From: Squalus acanthias
Taxonomy: Eukaryota
Direction of reading: 5' to 3'
DNA: 64,000 nt
Assembly (NCBI GenBank): GCA_030390025.1
Contig: JASTWF010000345.1
Location: forward strand, 186,001 to 250,000
How positions within the stretch are numbered: position 1 is the first letter of the stretch; each line of letters starts with the position of its first letter. This document shows, one piece after another, positions 52,266 through 64,000 of this stretch. Made by a program: the position numbers and the translations under genes. Under the pieces are notes generated by a model, which ran no database searches, had not been told where the DNA came from, and worked only from the letters and a program-made list of their open reading frames with translations.

Positions 52266-53027
52266 ATGGTCCTATTGTTTCCCCCCCCCACCCCCCCCAG
52301 CATGGAGGCAGTGAGCATTATAGTGGTCTCCTCTTCCTCCATTCTGACCCCAACACTTACCTTGTTTAGTTGGCCTCAGCCTCATTGCTTTTGCTGGGCA
52401 GATTCTGCCTTTTAACTGCCTAGCCACCTCATCTGATGCTGCAGCAGCTATCCCACGACAGCCGAGCTATGCATGCTTGATGAACTCTGACTCCTGAAAA
52501 CTGGTTTGGTGTTGCAGTGGTGTCAAAGGAATGGCTGGAAGTTCTGTCCCACTTTCATTTGTTAACACGAACTGCTTCTTGTACTTTTCTCTGTCTCAAC
52601 GACTATTGCTCTGTTTCTAACTCTTAAAATGCCTCTTCTTGAGTTGCAGTTGCTGAATTAAGACCCAATTTAACCATTGTGGCCTCTTTTCATCTCACCA
52701 CTGACTACTGCGCCTATGCTTAGGACAATAGGTCATCTGCACTACTTACTTCTTTCGCCGCTGTGGTGATATTTTATTAATCTGACTAACTCTAGGTTTG
52801 ACCTGGAGCGAAACATCACTTTTCAATGTTCAGCTGAGGAACGTTGCACGAGATCATTATTAATGATTCTAACAAGAAGGAAAATTGGATTTTTTTTCTT
52901 ACATTTTGCTAGCCATTTTTAGTTCTATTTGAGGGGTAGGAACCCACAAAGCAGTGGAATCGCTCGTTAACCTCTTCTACTGATGTTACACAATTTGGTA
53001 CTCATGTCTACATTATTTTTAAAAACA

Positions 53028-53345
53028 TTTTATTTTTTTAATTCATTCATGGGATGTAGGCGTCACTGGCAAGGCCAGCATTTATTGCCCATTCCTAATT
53101 GCCCTTGAGAAGGTGGTGATGAGCCGCCTTCTTGAACCGCTGCAGTCCGTGTTGTGAAGGTACTCCCACAGTGGGGAATACACACAGCTTTGACCCAGCA
53201 ATGAAAAACGAACGATGATATATTTCCAAGACTTGGAGGTGAATCTGGAGGTGGTGATGTTCCCTTGCACCTGCTGCGCTTGTCCTCCTAGGTCGTGGGT
53301 TTGGGAGGTGCTGTCGAACAAGCCTTGGCGAGTTGCTGTAGTTCA
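53028..53345 (-). mobile_element. Zenon-like LINE 3' fragment
   Basis: Tail and poly(T) match 53478-53820. Confidence 0.85.
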
Positions 53346-53477
53346 CCTTGTACTGGACTAGTAGGGGGGTATTAGAGAGTGGGTGGGGGGGCGGTACCAG
53401 AGAGTATTGTCCCTGTTTGGTATCTCTCTCTGCCGGCTGGCTGTGTCTGTCGGTTAAAATTGATGGTTCATCAATCT

Positions 53478-56400
53478 TCTTTGTTTATTCATTTATGGGA
53501 TGTGGGCATCGCTGGCAGGGCCAGCATTTATTGCCCATCCCTAATTGCCCTTGCGAAGGTGGTAGTGAGCCACCTTCTTGAACCGCTGCAGTCCATGTGG
53601 TGAAGGTACTCCCACAGTGCTGTTAGGGAGGGAGTTCCAGGAGTTTGACCCAGCGACGATGAAGGATCGGCGATATACTTCTAAGTCAGGATGGTGTGTG
53701 ACTTGGAGGAGAACTTCGAGGTGGTGGTGTTCCCATGCGCCTGTTGCCCTTGTCCTTCTAGGTGGAAGAGGTCGCGGGTTTGGGAGGTGCTGCTGAAGAA
53801 GCCTTGGCGAGTTGCTGCAGTGCATCTTGTAGATGGTACACATTGCAGCCACGGTACGCCAGTGGTGAAGGGAGTGAATGTTTAAGGTGGTGGATGGGGT
53901 GCCAATCAAGCGGGCTGCTTTGCCCTGGATGTCGAGTTTCTTGAGTATTTTTGGAGCTGCACTCATCCAGGCAAGTGGAGAGTATTCCATCACACTCCTG
54001 ACTTGTGCCTTGTAGATGGTGGAAATGCTTTGGGGAGTCAGGAGGTGAGACACTCGCCGCAGAATACCCAGCCTCTTGTAGCCACAGTATTTATGGGGCT
54101 GGTCCAGTTAAGTTTCTGGTCAATGGTGACCCCCAGGATGTTGATGGTGGGGGATTCGGCAATGGTAATGCCATTGAATGTCAAGGGGAGGTGGTTAGAC
54201 CCTTGATTGTTGGACATAGTCATTGCCTGGCACTTGTGTGGCGCAAATGTTACCTGCCACTTATCAGCCCAAGCCTGAATGTCATCCAGGTCTTGTTGCA
54301 TGTGGGCATGGACTGCTTCATTATCTGAGGAGTTGTGAATGGCGCTGAACACTGTGCAGTCATCAGCGAACATCCCCATTTCAGACCTTATATTGGAGGG
54401 AAAGTCATTGATGAAGTAGCTGAAAATGGTTGGGCCTAGGACACTGCCCTGAGGAACTCCTGCAGCGATGTTCTGGGGCTGTGATGATTGACCTTCAACC
54501 ACCACAACCATCTTCCTTTGTGCTAAGTATGACTCCAGGCAGTGGAGAGCTTTCCCCCTGATTCCCATTGACTTCAGTTTTACTAGGGGTCCTTGATGCC
54601 ACATTTGGTCAAATGCTGCCTTGATGTCAAGGGCAGTCACTCTCACCTCACCTCTGGAATTCAGCTCCTTTGTCCATGTTTGGACTAAGGCTGTAATGAG
54701 GTCGGGTGCCAAGTGGTCTTGGCAGAACCCAAACTGGGCATCAGTGAGCAGGTTTTTGGTGAGTAAGTGCCGCTTGACACCTTCCATCACTTTGCTGATG
54801 ATTGAGAGTAGACTGATGGGGCGGTAATTGGCCGGGTTGGATTTGTCCTGCTTTTTGTGGACGGGACATACCTAGGCAGTTTTCCACATTGTCGGATAGA
54901 TGCCAGTGTTGTAGCTGTACTGGAACAGCTTGGCTAGAGGCATGGCTAGTTCTGGAGCACAAGTCTTCGGGGCCTATAGCCTTTGCTGTATCCAGTGCGC
55001 TCAACCATTTCTTGATATCATGTGGAGTGATTCGAATTGGCTGAAGACTAGCTTCTGTGATGGTGGGGACCTCAGAGTAGGCCGATATGGATCATCCACT
55101 CGGCACTTCTGGCTGAAGATGGTCGCAAACACTTCAGCCTTGTCTTTTGCACTCATGTGCTGGGCTCCACCATCATTGAGGATGGGGATATTCATGGAGC
55201 CTCCTCCGCCCGTTAGTTGTTTAATGGTCCGCCACCATTCACGACTGGATGTGGCAGGACTGCAGAGCTTTGATCTGATCCGTTGATTGTGGGATCGCTT
55301 AGCCCTGTCTATAGCATGCTGCTTCCACTTTTTAGCATGCATGTAGTCCTGTGTTGCAGCTTCCCCAGATTGGCACCTCATTTTTAGGTACACCTGGTGC
55401 TGCTCCTGGCATGCTCTTCTACACTCCTTATTGAACCAGGGTTGGTCCCCTGGCTTGATGGTAATGGTAGAATGAGGGATATGCCGGGCCATGAGGTTAC
55501 AGATTGTGGTGGAATATAATTCTGCTGCTGCTGATGGCCCACAGCGCCTCATGGATGCCCAGTTTTGAGCTGCTAGATCTGTTCTGAATCTATCCCATTT
55601 AGCAGGGTGGTAGTGCCACACAACATGATGGAGTGTATTCTCAGTGTGAAGACAGGACTTCATCTCCACAATGACTGTGCGGTGGTCACTGCTACCAATA
55701 CTGTCATGGATAGATGCATCTGTGACAGGTAGATTGGAGAGGACGAGGTCAAGTAGGTTTTTCCCCTCGTGTTGGTTCTCTCACCACCTGTCGCAGGCCC
55801 AGAGTGGCAGTTATGTCCTTCAGGACTTGGCCAGCTGGGTCAGTAGTGGTGTTACCGAGCCACTCTTGGTGATGGACGTTGAAGTCCCCACCCAGAGTAC
55901 ATTCTGTGCCCTTGCTACTCTCCGTGCTCCTTCGAAGTGGTATTCAACATGGAGGAGTACTGATTCATCAACTGAAGGAGGGCGGTAGGTGATAATCAGC
56001 AGGAGGTTTCCTTGCCCATGCTTGACCTGCAGCCATGAGACTTCATGGGGTCCAGAGTCAATGTTGAGGACTCCCAGGGCCACTCCTTCCCGACTGTATA
56101 CCACTGTACCACCACCCCTGGTGGGTCTGTCCTTCCGGTGGGACAGGACATACCCAAGGATGGTGATGGAGGAGTTTGGGACATTAGCTGAAAGGTATGA
56201 TTCTGTGAGTATGATTATGTCAGGCTGTTGCTTGACTAGTCTGTTGTATAGCTCTCCCAATTTTGGCATAAGTCCCCAGATGTTGGTGAGGAGGACTTTG
56301 CAGGTCGACTGGGCTGGGTATGCCGTTGCCAATGCCGAGGTCGATGCCGGGTGGTCCGTCCGGTTTCATTCTTATTATGTTTCGTAGCGGTTAGTTACAA

Positions 56401-56707
56401 CTGAGTGACTTGCTAGGCTATTTCAGAGGGCAGTTAAGAGTCAACCACATTGCTGTGGGTCTGGAGTCACATATAGGCCAGACCAGGTAAGGACGGCAGA
56501 TTTCCTTCCCTCAAGGACATTAGTGAACCAGATGTGTTTTTACAACAATCCGATAGTTTCATGGTCACCATTACTGATACTAGCTTTTTATTCCGATTTA
56601 TTTAATTAACTGAATTTAAATTCCCCAGCTGCCGTGGTGGGATTTGAACTCACGTCTCTGGATCATTAGTCCAGTCCTCTGGATTACTAGCCCAGTGACA
56701 TTACCAC
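53478..56707 (-). mobile_element. Near full-length (about 3.2 kb) single-ORF LINE with tRNA-like head
   Basis: APE and RT fragments in ORFs 55820-56332, 55001-55669, 54038-54790 and 53541-54053. 3' tail at 53478. B box GTTCAAATC at 56641-56649 (minus). Confidence 0.95.
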
Positions 56708-56729
56708 TTGTTTTAATAGTTCCTTAAAC

Positions 56730-57450
56730 ATAGCCACACTGCAGCCACATTGCGCCGGTGGTGGAGGGAGTGAATGTTTAACGTGGTGAATGGCGTGTGA
56801 TCAATGGTGTCGAGCTTCTTGAGTGTTGATGGAGCTGCACTCATCCAGGCAAGTGGAGAGTATTCCATCACTTGTGCCTTGTAGGAAAGAGGAGTCAGGA
56901 GGGGAGTCACTCGCCGCAGAATAGCCTCTGACTGCTCTTGTAGCCACTGTATTTATGTGGCTGGTCCAGTTTAAGTTTCTGGTCAATGGTGACACCCAGG
57001 ATATTAATGGCACATCATTTGACAATGGTAATGCCATTGAAAGTCAAGGGGAGATGTTTAGACTCTCTCTTGTTGGAGATCTCATTGCCTGGCACTTGTG
57101 TGGCATGGATGTTACTTACCAAGCCTGGACTGCTTCATTATCTGAGGAATTGCAAATGAAATTGTGTGGAAGTGCAATCATCAGCAACCTTATGATGAAG
57201 ACGGTTTGATACAACTGAGTGACTTGCTAGGCCATTTAAGAGTCAACCACATTGCTGTGGATCTGGAGTCACATATAGGCCAGACCAGGTAAGGACGGCA
57301 GATTTCCTATCCTGAAGGACATTAGTGAACCAGTTGGGTTTTTACAGCAATCCAATAGCTTCATTACTGATACTAGCTTCTTATTCCAGATTTATTTAAA
57401 AAACTGAATTCAAATTCACAAATTAACATAACCACTCTGCTACTGTACCC
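56730..57450 (-). mobile_element. Internally deleted derivative of the same LINE
   Basis: 5' head/UTR (57200-57450, A box TAGCAGAGTGG) joined directly to RT C-terminal sequence (56730-57200). Confidence 0.8.
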
Positions 57451-57944
57451 ATTCATAATATTAATCTGTGATACTGACCAATAGCTCTGTTGTGTCCTGC
57501 TGGTGTGTATTAGTAAAACCAAGCCTGAATGGAAGAAGAGAGAAAAAAATCAAACCTACAAAGCTACACTGCTCCAGTAATAAATCAAACTATAAATCAA
57601 GTCATGTGTGACACTAGGGTGGGAAGTTACAATGCAAGTATGCAACACTATAAATTCTTTATCTTGTAGGGTCATAAAGATCTGTCACCTTCATATCCTA
57701 TGCATATCAATTGAAGGGTTCAATTCATTGCTGGGGGATGTTTTGCCTTTTGCAGCACAAAGCGTCCCTAAGTGCAGTTACTAAACCCCAGCCTCGAGGC
57801 ATCAGTCCTATGCTCAAACCAGACCACTTACAGCTATATACAACTTCTTTATAGCAAACTGGATAACAGAATGGATACAGCCATAAACTTAACTTCTAAA
57901 TATTTGATTCTCCTGGGGCAAAACTGGAGATTTTTGTCTACGTT

Positions 57945-58292
57945 AAAAAATCTGGAAATAGAAAGCTGGCACCAGTAAAAATGGTGCCATGAAGCTGTTG
58001 GATTGTTGTAAAAACCCAACTGGTTCACGAATGTCCTTTAAGGAAGGAAACATGCCGCCCTTATCTATCTGGCCCATATGTGACTCCAGACCCACAGCAA
58101 TGTAGTTGACTCTTAATCTGCCCTCTGAAGTGATCACTCAGTTGTATCAAACCACTACAAAGATTACACCTTCACCACAAGGACTACATCGGTTCAAGAA
58201 GGCCGCCCATCACCACCTTCTCAGGGCAACGAGGGATGGGAAATAAATGCTGGCCTTACAATATCCAGATCCTGAAAATTAATAAGAAAAAA
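57945..58292 (+). mobile_element. SINE-like bipartite derivative: LINE 5' UTR fused to LINE 3' tail
   Basis: 57945-58160 matches about 460-655. 58168-58292 matches about 18157-18284. Confidence 0.85.
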
Positions 58293-59348
58293 AGAGACAG
58301 CCTCATAGTGCGGATCAGAGGCTCATGTAAGCCAGACCAGGTAGGGACATTAGTAAGGCAATTAGATTTTTCCGACAACTTGGCAGTTTTTATGACTATT
58401 TTTCCTGGTACCGCACACAAATGACCAGATTTATCGAATTCAATTTCACAATTTGCCATGGTAACCCAATACCTTAACTACTACAATATAGCAGCTTACT
58501 GCACCTGCCATATTTGGCGAGCAGGAGTGTACGTGGTCGAAGTCTAGACTGCACATAATATAAATTGGAGAGGAAGTATACAGAAACCAGTAGCAGTTGT
58601 ATCAGTAGGTGGGATTTTTGGTAACAGTAACTAGGGTCTTGCTGAATGAATAAATGTAATGCCTACATTACAACAGTGATTATACTTCAAAAGCACTTCA
58701 TTGGCTGGGATGTCGTGAGGATGTGAAAGGCGCTATATAAATGGTCCTTTCCTTTCTTTAATGCAGTAAGTTTAATTTAGGGGCTTCTATGTTTCAGGAT
58801 TTAAGATTCTCAGATAATAGGACAGAGAGATTTTCTAGATTTGGTATTAGCAATAGGTTCAATGAACTTGGACATTTGAATTGAATTGAATGCTTTGTTG
58901 ATTCCTATAACAATTCTTTTGAGAAATATAAACAAAATGAGCTATCCCTGAGGAAGGCCTCAGGGAAAACTAAAAGATGACGAGTCCATGTGGTCTATAC
59001 TGTCCCATCATTGAAAGGATTTTCATTTCAATCTATGCACTTCCTTAAACATCCAATAATCAATACTGCCAGCACACAAGTTCGCCATCTCTAAAAGGAT
59101 ATTTTTCTCATGGACTATATATATCTTTGATTCACTACACAATTCAAGCTAATGTTAAAAATGTGCACAATCAGCTCAAATTCTGAATGGCAAGGGGCTT
59201 TATATATTTTGATAGAGGTTGGCTTAGACTTTTCATTCCCATACATGTGGTAAGAAGTTGATAGCTAGATACAGTTTGGTTTTTTGAAGTAAAAGACTCT
59301 TACTTACCATTATAATCTACTAAAACAATCTGATGAAAAGAAAACTAT

Positions 59349-60084
59349 GGGGGAGAAATTCAGTAGCGCCCTGGAAGGGGCGCTAACTTTTGCGAAGTTG
59401 GAAGGTTAGCACCAGGCCCTAATCAATCTTGCTGCCCGCTAAATTCAGTCTCAGCGCTCAAAGAATGCAGGGGAGCGCTAAATCAGGCGCTAATGGCATA
59501 GGTGAGTGGCGTTAGGCTCCAAGTGATAACGAATATGAGGTGTTGTGTAATCGGGAGTGAGCATTGGCACAGGCGCCTTCCAGCCATTAAAGGGGAGGGT
59601 CACTGGAGTCTGGACACCAGCCCCCAATGATTCAAGGAGTGCAGAACGGCGATATGCTGTGAGATGAAATGCAAAGTGCTTTGACGACCCGCAGCACTCC
59701 GGGGACTAAGCAGCCTTTATTTGGCTGCAGATACAGCCTGCGCTCTCTGCCACTCATAACCTTTCAAACGGAAGCTCCTTGACAGTTGGGGCGCATCCCT
59801 TTAAGTAGCGCCCAGCTAGCCGCCAGCCGGCTGGTTCATGCCTCCGCTCCCTGGCGCTGTCGGCGTGAGGCGGTAAGGCAGGGGGCGCTACTGAAGTTTG
59901 CAGATCGGACGCCCAGCGAGCGTTGCACACTCGCTGACTTCACGATCTGCATGGCGAAAGAGACCGAAAGAAGCGCTAACTGTTATTTGCCATGCGGCGC
60001 GGGATTCGCCCCACCGCGGTGCTACTCCCTGAGCGCCCCATTAGCGCCCCCGCCAGGCGCACTAACCTACTGAATTTCGCCCCC
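59349..60084 (+). mobile_element. Harbinger MITE, another family
   Basis: TIRs GGGGGAGAAATTCAGTAG / CTACTGAATTTCGCCCCC, flanks TAT/TGT, shared gcggtaaggcagggggcgc motif. Confidence 0.88.
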
Positions 60085-61499
60085 TGTATGTTTCCAGATG
60101 TCCAGAGTAGGTATTTACCTGATACTTTGAAAGGCCAGGTTCAGTCACAACAGAAATATCATTATAATCATTATTTAAACACACAACCTTCTTTTTAATC
60201 CAGGCACTTAACTTTTAATTTCCTAATTCCATAAGGGTCAAAGTATTAGAAATTACTCCAAATATTTTGTGATATTTGTACTGCAGTAATCTAGCTTTTT
60301 TGGTCTGGTTTGGGATCTGAAATTGCTTTGCATTATTTTAATTGCATTCTTGTGTAGTTGAAACTATATGGAACATTTTTAAGACTGCTGGAATAAACAG
60401 AAGGGTTTTAAAAAAAACATTGCTTGGATACAGCAGCACAGTGTGTTAATGTCGGCACCACGAATTCCTTGGCCAAAGCTTGCACTTGCATTTCCTTACA
60501 TGATGATCAAAGAGAAGAGGTAAATGATGGGGGTAAGATGCCTTCACAACCAATAATATGTTAAAATTGGAAGAGAATGAATCATCTTGAGCTGCTTTAG
60601 TGCCTCTCAAAGCAGCCGATTAAAGCTTAACATTGGCTGAAGCCAGGGAGCAGTTTGTCTGCTCATCCACTCTGCTGTGCAGTAAGGTGCAGTACAGCAA
60701 AATCCAATGGTCAGGGAGGAAAATAAATCTAAAAAATGCGACAGAAAATAAATAAAAAGATGTTTGGAACTATGGCTTACGCGGCCCAACAGAAAAGGAC
60801 TCCAGCTCTTTCAACTCAGTTTGAATCTGGCAGCAGATTTTACCTCAGTTTCCAACACGTAATTTTAATGCATAATGACTACAAAATTAATTTTTCATGA
60901 GCAGCTTATGTAATTAATAACATTGTATATGATAACAAAAAGTCTCTTCTTCTACAATGTCATTTTACTTGGAAATTATATAAAATTACTTTAATTACTG
61001 CCATTAATTGTGACCCGTTAAGTGTAGCTCATGTCAGATTACTGCAGTATTGGTTGAAAGATTTCTGAAATGATATGACTGAAGAGAGCCTAATTCTTTA
61101 TGTTGCGATTCCCACATGTTTTCAATACCAACATTGAAAGTGCCAAAGCCCGATGACAGGTCTAACTACACTTACAAAATACTGCCTTTCATGTTAACTG
61201 CAGCTCGCCAGAAACAATGGAATCTTTGCTCTCATGCTTTTTTTTTATTTCCAGAAAAATAAATCTAAAAGAAGAATTTCTTTAAAAAACCCAAAACTCA
61301 GCAGTTAAAAAGAGACGTTAGATATATTCAGCAAACAGATACAAAAGCTGCTGTCTAGATTCCTCTTTATGTTGTATCTAACATCAGACCCTCTGTTCGG
61401 CAAAGGAAAATAATTATTCATAAAGACTAGATATATGCACATTTTAAAGTTATCTTGAAAGGCTCACTTAACAATAAATACAAATCTAGATATATTTAT

Positions 61500-62606
61500 A
61501 TAGAAACATAGAAAAAGAGGAGCAGGAGTAGGTCATTCGGCCCTTCGAGCCTGCTCCGCCATTCAATATGATCATGGCTGATCCTCTATCAATACCATAT
61601 TCCCGCTCTCTCCCCATACCCCTGGATGCCTTTTGTGTCTAGAAATCTATCTATTTCCTTCTTAAATATATTCAGTGACTTGGCCTCCACAGCCTTCTGT
61701 GGTAGAGAATTCCATAGGTTCACCAACCTCTGAGTGGAGAAATTTCTCCTTATCTCAGTCCTAAATGTCCTACCCCATATCCTGAGACTGTGACCCCCTC
61801 GTTCTGGATCCCCCCCCTGGATCCCCCCCCCACCCCCGCCCCCAGCCAGGGGAAACATCCTCCCTGCATCCAGTCTGTCCAGCCCTGTCAGAATTTTATA
61901 CGTTTCAATGAGATCCCCTCCCATTCTTCTAAACTCTAGTGAATACAGTCCTAGTCGACCCAATCTCTCCTCATACGACAGTCCTGCCATCCCAGGAATC
62001 AGTCTGGTGAACCTTCACTGCACTCCCTCTATGGCAACTATATCCTTTCTTAGGTAAGGAGACCAAAACTGCACAATGTACTCCAGGTGTGGTCTCACCA
62101 AGGCCCTGTATAACTGTAGTAAGACATCCTTGCTCCTGTACTCAAATCCTCTTGCAATGAAGACCAACATACCATTTGCCTTCCTAACTGCTTGCTGCAC
62201 TTGCATGTTTGCTTTCAGTGACTGGTGTACAAGGACACCCAGGTCCCTCTGTACATCAACATTTCCCAATCTATCACCATTTAAATAATACTCTGCCTTT
62301 CTGTTTTTCCTACCGAAGTGGATAACTTCACATTTATCCACGTTATACTGCATCTGCCATGTATTTGCCCACTCACTCAACTTGTCTAAATCGCCTTGAA
62401 GCCTCTTTGCATCCTCTTCACAACTCACAATCCCACCTAGTTTTGTGTCGTCAGCAAACTTGGAAATATTACATTTGGTTCCCTCATCCAAATCATTGAT
62501 ATATATTGTGAATAGCTGGGGCCCAAGAACTGATCCCTGCGGTACCCCACTAGTCACCGCCTGCCACCCCGAAAAAGACCCATTTATTCCTACTCTGTTT
62601 CCTGTC
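61500..62606 (-). mobile_element. CR1 LINE 3' part, same family as 20169-24128
   Basis: ORFs 62015-62722 and 61589-61990, near-identical to 21960-22868. Confidence 0.95.
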
Positions 62607-64000
62607 TGCGGCCGCAGACGTGACTCTAGGATGGTATGTTGCCTCCCTGGTGCCAGGGTCAAGATGTCACTGAGCAGCTTCAGCACATTTTGAGGGGAGA
62701 GGGTGAACAGCCAGCGGTCCATATAGGTACCAATGACATAGGTAGAAAGAAGGATGAGGTCCTGCAGGCAGATTTTAGGGAGCTAGGAAAGAGATTAATA
62801 AGCAGGACCTCAAAGGTAGTAATTTCCGATTACTCCTGGTGTCACGTGCTAGTGAGTACAGAAATAGAAGGATACAGCAGATGAATGTGTGGCTGGAAAG
62901 ATGGTGCAGGAGGGAGGACGTTAGATATCTGAGGCATTGGGACCAGTTCTGGGAGAGGTGGGACCTGTACAAGCTGGATGGGTTGCACCTCAACAGGGCT
63001 GGGACTAATATCCTCGTGGGGAGATTTGCTAGTGCTGTTGGGGAGGGTTTAAACTAGCTTGGCAGGGGGATGGGAACCTGAGTGTAGATTCAGAAGTGAG
63101 AGAAGCAAAGCCGGAAATGGAAGACAGAAAATTTGTAAGTGAGTTTGGAAGGTAGAGGAAACAAAGGCTAGAAAACAGACAATAAAGGAGTTTGGCAGTG
63201 CTTAATGGTATATATTTCAATGCAGCGAGTCTAGTGAATAAGGCAGATGAGCTGAGGGCACGGATAGATATGTGGAAGTATGATATCATAGCTATTACTG
63301 AAACATGGCTTAAAGTAGGGCAGGAATGGCAGCTCAACATTCCTGGTTACAGTGTTTTCAGACGAGATAGAGGGGGGATAAAAAAGGAGGGGGGTTGCAA
63401 TATTGGTTAAAGAAACAATTACAGCTGTGAGGAGGGATGATATGTTAGAAGGATCATCAAATGAGGCCATATGGGTTGAATTGAAGAACAAAAGTTGGGC
63501 AATCACACTGCTAGGAGTGTACTATAGATCCCAAATAGTCAGAGGAGCTAGAACTTGTTAAGCCAGTGCCCAGCAAGCCCAACGAGAGAGGGGGGAGTTC
63601 TGGACTTAGTTTTAGGGAATGAAGCTGGGTAGATGGAAGGATATCAGTGGGAGAATATTTTGGTGGTAGTGATCGTAATTCAGTTAGATTTAGCATAGTT
63701 ATGGAAAAGGACAAAGATAGACCAGGAGTAAAAGTTTTCGATTGGGGAAAGGCGAATTTTACTAAGCTGAGATGTGATTGAGCAAAAGTGGTCTGTAGAC
63801 AGCTACTTGAAGGTAAATCAGTGTTGGAGCAGTGGGAGGCATTCAAGGAAGAGATAGTGAGGGTTCAGAGAAAATATGTTCCCACAAAGAAAAATGGTGG
63901 AAGTCCCAAATCTAGAGCCCCCTGGATGTCAGGGAGCAAACAGGGTAGGATAATCAAGGAGTCAATTACTGCTGTAAGGAGGGATGATATCTTAGCAGGT
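62607..64000 (+). mobile_element. Decayed CR1 LINE: ORF1 esterase-like end and ORF2 APE start; runs off the window
   Basis: VCCLPGARV, VHIGTNDIG and DGLHLN (SGNH-like), then YFNAASLVNKADEL...DIIAITETWL. Confidence 0.9.

Noticed and set aside
56625..56707. Functional tRNA gene
   Set aside because: A/B-box-like motifs only, with no convincing cloverleaf. It is the head of a retroelement.

Overview
Repeat-dense eukaryotic (vertebrate) DNA with no recognisable host protein-coding gene. The repeat families suggest a cartilaginous fish (inference). Contents: (i) a single-ORF APE-RT LINE family (CR1 clade, Zenon-like), with two long copies (347-3042 +, 53478-56707 -) and many fragments; (ii) conventional CR1 LINEs; (iii) PIF/Harbinger DNA transposons, including one coding-intact element (31588-35692: spliced Myb/SANT gene plus DDE transposase, TIRs, TTA TSD), a decayed relative beside it and many MITEs; (iv) Penelope-like elements with hammerhead ribozymes; (v) tRNA-headed SINEs and two minisatellites. 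The most striking signal is the single-ORF LINE. It starts with a tRNA-like A/B-box head, is almost free of TTTT Pol III terminators on its sense strand, lacks an in-frame AUG before the endonuclease domain, and has SINE-like internal-deletion derivatives. This makes it a candidate Pol III-transcribed, protein-coding retrotransposon. All calls were made by eye, and boundaries without a TSD are approximate.
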